Positions 1 to 6,427 of a DNA stretch of 6,427 nucleotides are shown here, in pieces (within the stretch, counting starts at the first letter, position 1; every line of letters begins with the position of its first letter). The DNA is taken from assembly GCA_051294375.1 (NCBI GenBank), contig JBJCIZ010001225.1, forward strand, positions 1-6,427, given 5' to 3'. The stretch is from Paraspadella gotoi (taxonomy: Eukaryota; Animalia; Chaetognatha). Made by a program: the position numbers and the translations under genes. The notes beneath the pieces were generated by a model. That model made no database searches and was not told where the DNA came from. It saw nothing but the letters and a program-made list of their open reading frames with translations.

Positions 1-552
1 CAAACAGCTGTACACATCCCCAGCAACCTTCAGTCAGCACAGTACGTCTTCGTCAAGCGCAAGGGCGTTCACCCACCACTTGTGCCGCCATACGAAGGTC
101 CCTATAAAGTAATACAGCGTAAAGATCTAAATATAACAATCGAAATTCCTAGCGTCGGACGCGAAACGGTTAATATCGCACGCGTAAAACCGGCATGGGT
201 GAGTGAAGAGACACTGGAGGTAGACCAGGATCATCCACAGCGACGCCCAGCAGGTCGTCAGCCTGGTCTGAGGACGAGAGCAGCGGCTCCGACAGACAGA
301 ATAACGCGATGCCAATCTACGCGCTGCGCCGGCCCTCCTCCTCCTCCTCCTCGCTCCTCCACACAACCCCAGAGGCAATTTATTAAAAAACAATTGAATG
401 CGGGATTCAAAAAAATAAAAGCCTTACAAAAATGTAATAGCTTTTATTTTAAAATTATAAAACGAACTATTAAGGAAAATAACATTAAAATCAGTCCATA
501 CAGTAAACTAATATTACTAACAACAATCACCAACAACAGGAGGAAAAATTAG
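1..552 (+). CDS. pol: Pol C-terminus (integrase GPY/F module plus tail), 5'-partial
   Basis: Frame 1 is open from base 1: QTAVHIPSNLQSAQYVFVKRKGVHPPLVPPYEGPYKVIQR...ETVNIARVKPAW. GPY is at 97-105 and RVKPA at 181-195; stop TAG at 550-552. The ORF-track start at 82 is an internal GTG. Confidence 0.92.
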   Translation, partial: QTAVHIPSNLQSAQYVFVKRKGVHPPLVPPYEGPYKVIQRKDLNITIEIPSVGRETVNIARVKPAWVSEETLEVDQDHPQRRPAGRQPGLRTRAAAPTDRITRCQSTRCAGPPPPPPRSSTQPQRQFIKKQLNAGFKKIKALQKCNSFYFKIIKRTIKENNIKISPYSKLILLTTITNNRRKN

Positions 553-1055
553 ATACTTGTACCAATTATTGGACTAGAAGTGCAGTGAACAAGCTCGCCT
601 AGACCTATCCAACCTACATGATTAATGTCCGCCTTGGATTGGCGGCGGAACGTGGAATTCAACCCATATTCACAGTATAGACCAAGATAACCAGCTAGTA
701 CATAATGGCCGAGCGAGGGCTTCCAACGATTATGCAAAGATGATATTTTTCTGATCAAAGACAATAATAAAACATCAGAAAATAAAAAATAAAACTGGAT
801 CGAAATTAGCCAACGAAATAAAAAAGGTAACCCCATCTCAACACTCAGGTGACAAACCTCCTCCCCCCCTCTTCCATCTATCACCCCCACACCCCAACAT
901 TCCCCCGACCCCCTCCTCACCTTTATGTTTTTTCTTCCCCATCTTCATCTTCTCGCGGCCTCCACGCACGACGAGTCCGGTGGAAAAGCCGAAAAGAGAA
1001 AAAATAACATACAAAACAACTCGAAAAATCGAACGAATGAGCCAACGTTAGAAGA

Positions 1056-1080
1056 NNNNNNNNNNNNNNNNNNNNNNNNN
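1056..1080. other. Assembly gap (25 N)
   Basis: Run of N. The flanks TAGAAGA and TAGAAAGA look like overlapping ends. Confidence 0.99.
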
Positions 1081-1156
1081 TAGAAAGATTCTCTCGACCG
1101 ACGCCAGAAAACTTCTCGAATCAAATAAAAACGAAAATAATGAACAATAACGACGA

Positions 1157-1183
1157 CAACAACAACAACAACAACAACAACAA
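1157..1183 (+). repeat. (CAA)9 microsatellite in a degenerate trinucleotide tract (about 1143-1190)
   Basis: Nine perfect CAA units flanked by CGA, TAA and CAA variants. Confidence 0.95.
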
Positions 1184-1596
1184 TAACAACCGCCCGGCTT
1201 ATTCGGTCGTTTTAAAAGAGATGTTGCGTCGTCAGAAAATACAAAATGACGAAAATAACAACAACAAAAAGAACAAAACCTCGATGTTGGCCTAATCGAC
1301 AGCCGGATCGTCTTCTACACAGCATCCTCGGTCTTCCTCCCGTAAAAGCTCCGACTGTGTTTATTTATCATTTTTATTTTCGTTTTGGATATTTTTCGTT
1401 ATATTATTTCATTTTTGAATTTTTGTTGGAAATTTTCGAATTTCAAGATTTTTGTAAAGATCAAGTCAGTCAGTGGTCTATATTAATTTCCTTTTACCCT
1501 GTACATTTTTATTATTACTATGTTTGCAACATTCTTACACTCATACCGATGGACGACAAATATTATTGATATATATAATTAGTTATATATTTCAAC

Positions 1597-1605
1597 AGGG
1601 GGGCA
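1597..1605 (+). promoter_or_regulatory. Putative polypurine tract (plus-strand primer)
   Basis: AGGGGGG(CA), an isolated G-run in AT-rich sequence, directly before the TG at 1606. It is short for a PPT. Confidence 0.65.
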
Positions 1606-2074
1606 TGCGGCCTATCGGGATATTTAAAACATTATTCGAAGCCTTTTGTTTTCCATTTAATATCCTTTATCAACTGCAGAGTTTTTCCCGCCAAAACAAA
1701 ACAACTGATTTGATTGTTTTCTTTTACTCTGGATTTTTGATGTATTCATTCTGATTGATTCTTATCTCAAAATAAAATGTTACTCAAAAACATTAAAAAT
1801 CTTGTTTTAAACTATTCTCTACAATGTAATGAAATACATTAAATACTGAGACATGTTTTTTAATCAACTCTGGATAATTGATTTTTTCTACAAAACAAAT
1901 CTAATGTTTTTAATCTCACTTCAATAAACAATAATCCTTCAAAGTCACGTGACCCGTTTCCCTGCTGTGTGCTCCACATAAAGACTTGAGTCAATGATGT
2001 CACACCTTTAGCCCGTGTCACTCGTTTGTCACGGCCCTCAGTCACGCTGTGGCGCAACTCGGGAACCTGCCACA
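1606..2074 (+). repeat. Putative long terminal repeat (469 bp, single copy)
   Basis: Starts TGCGGC after the PPT and ends GCCACA 2 nt before the PBS (TG...CA, 5 of 6 bp terminal inverted match). Contains AATAAA at 1771 and 1923. The 3' end is well supported; the 5' end is inferred because there is no second copy. Confidence 0.65.
1923..1928 (+). terminator. Candidate polyadenylation signal AATAAA
   Basis: AATAAA within the putative LTR with GT-containing sequence at about 1956-1971. An alternative AATAAA is at 1771-1776. Confidence 0.4.
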
Positions 2075-2076
2075 CT

Positions 2077-2094
2077 TGGTGATCCCATCCGCGA
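2077..2094 (+). promoter_or_regulatory. Primer binding site, probably tRNA-Trp
   Basis: ...GCCACA ct TGGTGATCCC. Matches the complement of the typical animal tRNA-Trp 3' end (TGGTGACCCC) at 9 of 10 positions, with the difference readable as a G:U pair. CsRn1-lineage elements use tRNA-Trp. Confidence 0.75.
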
Positions 2095-2277
2095 ACTTAG
2101 CCAACCTTCAAGGAGAGGAACAGCTCACGATACTCTTCCCAGAGGTAAGATTGGGCGAATGAATCGAATTTAAGCGAAATTCCCAATTTTGCTCACGCTC
2201 CTCTCCTCTCCCTTATTTTCAATACATCCGGAGTTCAAGACGACGTCGACGATCAGTTCGAAGCCGAACAAGCATCA

Positions 2278-3360
2278 ATGAGCGACTCGGAGCTACGCTC
2301 ACGCCTCCGCTCGGCCCACCGGAACGCTGAGGAACAACTCGACGCTCCCGCCAGCCTCCAGATTCCCAGAGGATTCGGACGCGGCCTCAGATCGCGTTCA
2401 ACATCGCCGATATTCACCGACGCCGCCCCGTCGTTCAGCTACCAAGTTTTGAACGGCGACAATTTCGCTGACGCCGACATGGCCACGGGCGACGCCGCCT
2501 CTCACGACCTGCGGAGCGAGAACGACGAGTTACGCGCCGCTCTCGCCGCCGCTACACGCGCACTGGAACGTGCATCGAATCGTAAGCCGGATTTGCCAGA
2601 TTTTGACACTTCGAACATTGAAATTTGGATCAAGCGGGTAGAGTCAGCATATACCCGCGCTGGCATAACGTCGCCAAAATCCAAATTTGCTCATTTGGAA
2701 TCTAAGATCGGTGTCAAAGTAGATCCAAAGATCAATCAGTTTCTGTATGGCAACGCAAATGAATCGACTTGGGCGAATTTTCTCGATTATCTCCGAAAGG
2801 AGTACGGACTTACGCGACGCCAGCAGGCAGCGAACCTACTCGACCAACTCGACGCCGATGGCTTAAAGCCGTCAAAACTCCTGGCTCAACTCGAAGAAAA
2901 GACCAGGACGCTGACGTTGGACGACGTAAGAAAGGAAAAAATCCTACGTGAGCTCCCCGCTGAAATTCGTCGCCAATTAGAAGATAAAGCGGATGAATTA
3001 TCCGCTAGTCAGCTTTGTGAACTCGCTGACCGACATTACGATAACGAGGGCAACCTAAAAATTCGCCAGACGAATTCATTCGTCAATAACGTCGACCAAC
3101 GTCACAAATACGCCAACGAATCCGATACTGACGACGACGAGAGCATCAACGCCGTCGGATCCAACTCGAAAAGAAATTTCAAGGGGAAAAGGAGACAAGG
3201 TCAATCTCAGAAAGGCAAGACAAAACCGAAACTCGTTACGCTATGCCATAAACATGCCAAATTCGGAGACGAAGCCTGGGCATGTGAGCAAGGTTGCTCC
3301 AGGTACGAAGAAACGCAACGTAAGAAAGAGGGAAACGACAGAGGGGGACGCCGGCGGTGA
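2278..3360 (+). CDS. gag: Gag protein (360 aa) with CHCC zinc knuckle
   Basis: KPDLPDFDTSNIEIWIKRVES capsid-like N-terminal motif, LKPSKLL and LCELAD motifs, and CHKHAKFGDEAWACEQGC at 3244-3297. Located between the PBS and pol. The start could instead be the ATG at 2479. Confidence 0.9.
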   Translation: MSDSELRSRLRSAHRNAEEQLDAPASLQIPRGFGRGLRSRSTSPIFTDAAPSFSYQVLNGDNFADADMATGDAASHDLRSENDELRAALAAATRALERASNRKPDLPDFDTSNIEIWIKRVESAYTRAGITSPKSKFAHLESKIGVKVDPKINQFLYGNANESTWANFLDYLRKEYGLTRRQQAANLLDQLDADGLKPSKLLAQLEEKTRTLTLDDVRKEKILRELPAEIRRQLEDKADELSASQLCELADRHYDNEGNLKIRQTNSFVNNVDQRHKYANESDTDDDESINAVGSNSKRNFKGKRRQGQSQKGKTKPKLVTLCHKHAKFGDEAWACEQGCSRYEETQRKKEGNDRGGRRR

Positions 3361-6300
3361 ACGCCGTCCCCCAAACGTCGATTCGATCACCGGCGACTAA
3401 CGACCTCCTCTACATCCGCGACGCCCAAGACCGAACCAAATGGCTAGTGGATGGAGGAGCTCTCCTCTCGATCATTCCGCCGACGCCGGAGCAGCTTCAA
3501 AAAGGGCCAGACCCAAAAATGAGGCTGCAGGCGGCGAACGGCTCTCCAATCAATTGTTTTGGGACGATCGACAGAACCGTTCAGCTGGGGGACCGTAAGT
3601 TCCAGTACAAGTTCATCGTTGCTGACGTCAAACAACATATATTGGGCGCCGACTTCTTAGCTGAAAACTTTTTGGCACCCAACCATCGCGACGGGTTACT
3701 CCTTGATCTACGCGACTACTCAGCTATAGCAGCGTCAACAACGTCATCGACAGCGGAAGCAACAGCCCACGTAAACTTCGTCGACAGGCAGGGAGAGAAG
3801 TTTTACAAACTTCTAGAATCATTTCCATCCCTCTCCACTCCAACGTTTGAGTTAAAGGAGCCAAAGCATGGGGTAACCCACTCCATCCCGACGGAAGGAA
3901 GGCCCTGCCAGTCGAGAGCCCGCCGCCTCGATGCAGAAAAACTGGCCGTCGCCAAGCGTGAACTTGAAAAAATGGTATCCTTGGGCGTAGCAAAGAGAGG
4001 TAAATCGGAGTGGTCATCTCCTCTTCACGTCGTCAGTAAACCGGACGGAGGATGGAGATGCTGCGGGGATTATCGTCGCCTCAATGCGCAAACCATCGAC
4101 GATAAATACCCCGTCAAGCTCCTTACCGATTTTAATTCCCAGCTCGAAGGGAAAACAATATTCTCTAAAATCGATCTACTCAAAGGGTATCATCAAATAC
4201 CAGTAAACCCTGAGGACGTAAAAAAGACAGCAGTGATTACTCCTTTTGGCTTGTATGTATTTCCCCGATGTCCATTTGGCCTCAAAAATGCAGGCCAAGA
4301 CTTTCAGAGGCTGATGGACGAGATACTCGGGGACATACCCCATACTTTCGTTTATTTGGACGACATTTTGGTTGCCTCGTCGACGCCGGAAGAACATCTC
4401 CACGATCTCGAAAACGTCTTTAAAGCTCTCGACGCCAATGGACTAGTGGTAAATACCAAGAAATGTCTGTTAGGCCAGGAGTCCCTCGAGTTTCTGGGGT
4501 TCTTAGTCGACAAGAACGGAGTAAGGCCGTTACCGGAGCGAGTGCAAACACTACGCGAAACGACACATCCCACAACGATAAAAGAGCTCCAGCGTTTTCT
4601 AGGGATGATAAACTATTATAGGAGATTCATCCCTCGAGTAGCTCATCGTTGTGCACCTCTGTACGATGCTCTAAGCGGCAAACCGAAGACTCTCAACTGG
4701 ACGCCAGACTGCGAGTTAGCCTTCGAGTCCATCAAAGAAGGACTAATCCAAGCAGCCCTCCTGCATCATCCCAGAACAGGAGCACACCTTTGCATCACCA
4801 CGGATGCGTCCGATCAGGCAGTAGGAGCCGTTTTGGAGCAGCGAGGACCAAAAGGCTGGGAGCCTTTAGCTTTTTTTTCAACGAAACTCGCGAAAAACCA
4901 AAAACTCTGGCCTCCTTTTGACAAGGAGTTGTATGGAGCATTCCGTGCAGTACGTCACTTTAGGCATTGGATAGAAGGGCGTACGTTTACGCTATACACA
5001 GATCATCAGAGTCTGGTGGCGGCGATTCGAAAAAAGGCCGAACCTCAAACCGTTCGTCAATCATATCAGCTATCCGTGATAGCAGAGTTTACGACGGACG
5101 TGAGGTATCTCAAGGGAAAAGCCAACGTCGTCGCAGACGCTCTGTCACGCCCCAACGCCTCGTCGACACCCACAACAGCTCCAGCGACAACTCCAGCGCC
5201 GCCAAACGCCGCGACGCCATCATCGTCATCGCCAAAAACCTCTCAGCCGGCGACAGCGTCGACAACGCCGACAATAGCCACGCTGACGTTCTCATCGTCA
5301 TCGTTGACATCATCGTCGACACCGCCGTCGATACCCTCGCCGACGCCAGCGCCCTTGTCGTCATCAGCGTCAACGTCGATATCATCGTCGACGCCAACAT
5401 CTTCGACGCCGCCGCCGCCAGAGGATAGAGCGATAAAAACTGATCGATTAGAAGATGCGCAGGCGGTCATAGCATCACTCACGAATTTCGACATAGATTT
5501 TGAACAAATGGCGAACGAACAATCTCTAGATCCTGACTATCAAAAGATAGCGAATGACGCCAGATCGGGACTTAATTTTCGAAAAATTAAAGTCGGAGAA
5601 AAAGACTTACTCGCCGACATCTCTAACGGGCCGGCGAGACCCTTCGTCCCAGCGTCATGGCGTAGAAAAGTTTTCGACGTCATTCATGGCCTTGGCCATC
5701 CGGGCGTCGACGCCACGAGGAAGGCCATAGCAGCGAAGTTCGTATGGACTAACATGAAACAAGATGTTACTAAGTGGGCGAGAGATTGCCTCGATTGTCA
5801 ACGCGCGAAAGTTACTCGACACGTCATACCGGAGATAGGAGAATTTAAAGTGCCACAACGTCGTTTTCAGCACTTAAACATCGACTTGGTTAAGATGCCA
5901 AGTTCAAACGGATATTCACATCTCCTCACGATCGTGGATCGATTTTCGAGATGGCCAGCGGCCATCCCAATCGCCGACACCCTCACGTCAACTATCATCG
6001 ACGCGTTGAGTCTCCAATGGATAAGTATTTTCGGGACGCCAGCGATAATCACTACAGACAGAGGTACTCAATTCGTATCATCACTGTGGCGTCAATTAAC
6101 AAAATGTTGGGGGATAAAGCATCAGACGACCACGGCATACCATCCCCAGTCCAATGGCCTTGTGGAAAGATTCCACAGGAGGCTTAAAGAATCGTTAATA
6201 GCATTAGCCAAAGAAAGTAGAGAAAAGTGGTTTTGGAAGCTCCCAATGACACTTTTAGCGATACGAACCACAATAAAGGAAGATATAGGCGCATCAGCAG

Positions 6301-6427
6301 CCGACCTCGTCTTCGGGGAAGGAATAACAGTCCCCGGCTGCATCCTCGACAACGCCCAAGTCGACGACGAAGCGCTCCAGCGTCAACGAAAAAAACAACT
6401 CGCGAAACTTCGCGTCGAAGTGGCTCG
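3324..6427 (+). CDS. pol: Pol polyprotein (protease, reverse transcriptase, RNase H, integrase), 3'-partial, expressed as a Gag-Pol fusion
   Basis: Frame 3 is open from after TAA 3321-3323 to the window end with no stop on manual translation. PR: WLVDGGA (3441-3461), ILGADFL (3639-3659). RT: WSSP (4011), DYRRLN (4068), FSKIDL (4161), PFGLKNA, YLDD (4353-4364), FLG (4491). RNase H: TDAS (4800-4811), DKEL, TDH, ADALSR (5133-5150). IN: H-X3-H-X29-C-X2-C (5685-5798) and D5883, D6057-X35-E6165. Confidence 0.96.
3330..3392 (+). promoter_or_regulatory. -1 programmed ribosomal frameshift signal (slippery heptamer plus stem-loop/pseudoknot)
   Basis: G GGA AAC at 3330-3336 in gag codon phase, a 6-nt spacer, and stem GGGGGACG (3343-3350) / CGTCCCCC (3365-3372). 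pol is in the -1 frame and overlaps gag. Confidence 0.85.
5151..5420 (+). repeat. Low-complexity Ser/Thr/Pro/Ala-coding tract inside pol
   Basis: 90 in-frame codons, mostly NCG/NCA, translating PNASSTPTTAPATTPAPP...SSSTPTSSTPPPP. Confidence 0.9.

Larger units (their letters stand above)
1..6427 (+). mobile_element. Ty3/Gypsy LTR retrotransposon, CsRn1-like lineage, circularly permuted or tandem arrangement
   Basis: gag followed by pol with domain order PR-RT-RH-IN (Gypsy order). Gag has a C-X2-H-X9-C-X3-C knuckle, the PBS starts TGGTGA, and integrase has a GPY/F module. Superfamily call is firm; lineage call rests on motifs only. Confidence 0.95.

Noticed and set aside
196-552. Chromodomain at the integrase C-terminus
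   Set aside because: No aromatic-cage or Y.VKW-type motif is visible.
968-995. Hammerhead-ribozyme-like string ACGACGAGTCCGGTGGAAAAGCCGAAA
   Set aside because: The core needs CUGANGA and a GAAA correctly placed after stem II. Here it reads ACGACGA, and no stems I/III with a cleavage triplet could be built.
1246-1754. Hydrophobic plus-strand ORFs 1246-1569 and 1473-1754 in the env position
   Set aside because: The Phe/Tyr/Ile richness follows from the T-rich DNA. There is no signal peptide, furin site or env-like length, and the second ORF crosses the PPT/LTR boundary.
1944-2045. GTCAC repeats as a CRISPR-like or tandem array
   Set aside because: The units are only 5-6 bp, irregularly spaced, and lie in a eukaryotic retroelement.
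2048-2074. A 27-bp TG...CA mini-LTR
   Set aside because: No polypurine tract precedes 2048, whereas one precedes 1606. Kept only as a hairpin finding.
4967-5494. Overlapping ORFs 4967-5428 (+), 5110-5400 (-) and 5243-5494 (-)
   Set aside because: These are shadow frames of the stop-poor NCR-codon linker inside pol.
2502-6352. Other short ORF-track entries overlapping gag and pol, plus 127-393 and 1860-2075 on the minus strand
   Set aside because: No recognisable motifs; explained as alternative frames of the real genes or the LTR.

Overview
The whole window is a eukaryotic Ty3/Gypsy (Metaviridae) LTR retrotransposon. The CHCC Gag knuckle and tRNA-Trp-like PBS point to the CsRn1/Kabuki/Boudicca lineage. 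It is in permuted order: integrase C-terminus (1-552), about 1 kb of non-coding 3' region with a 25-N assembly gap, a putative PPT (1597-1605), one putative LTR (about 1606-2074), PBS (2077), gag (2278-3360), then an uninterrupted pol frame (3324 to beyond 6427, PR-RT-RNaseH-IN). The ORF track missed pol because it runs off the window. The protein at the window end appears to continue into the protein at the window start, which fits a 1-LTR circle, a tandem array or a collapsed-LTR assembly. Notable features are an in-phase G GGA AAC -1 frameshift site with a predicted pseudoknot, a D-G-G protease catalytic motif, a 90-aa Ser/Thr/Pro insert between RNase H and integrase, and a structured 3' region. 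All calls come from manual translation and motif reading; no database searches were run.
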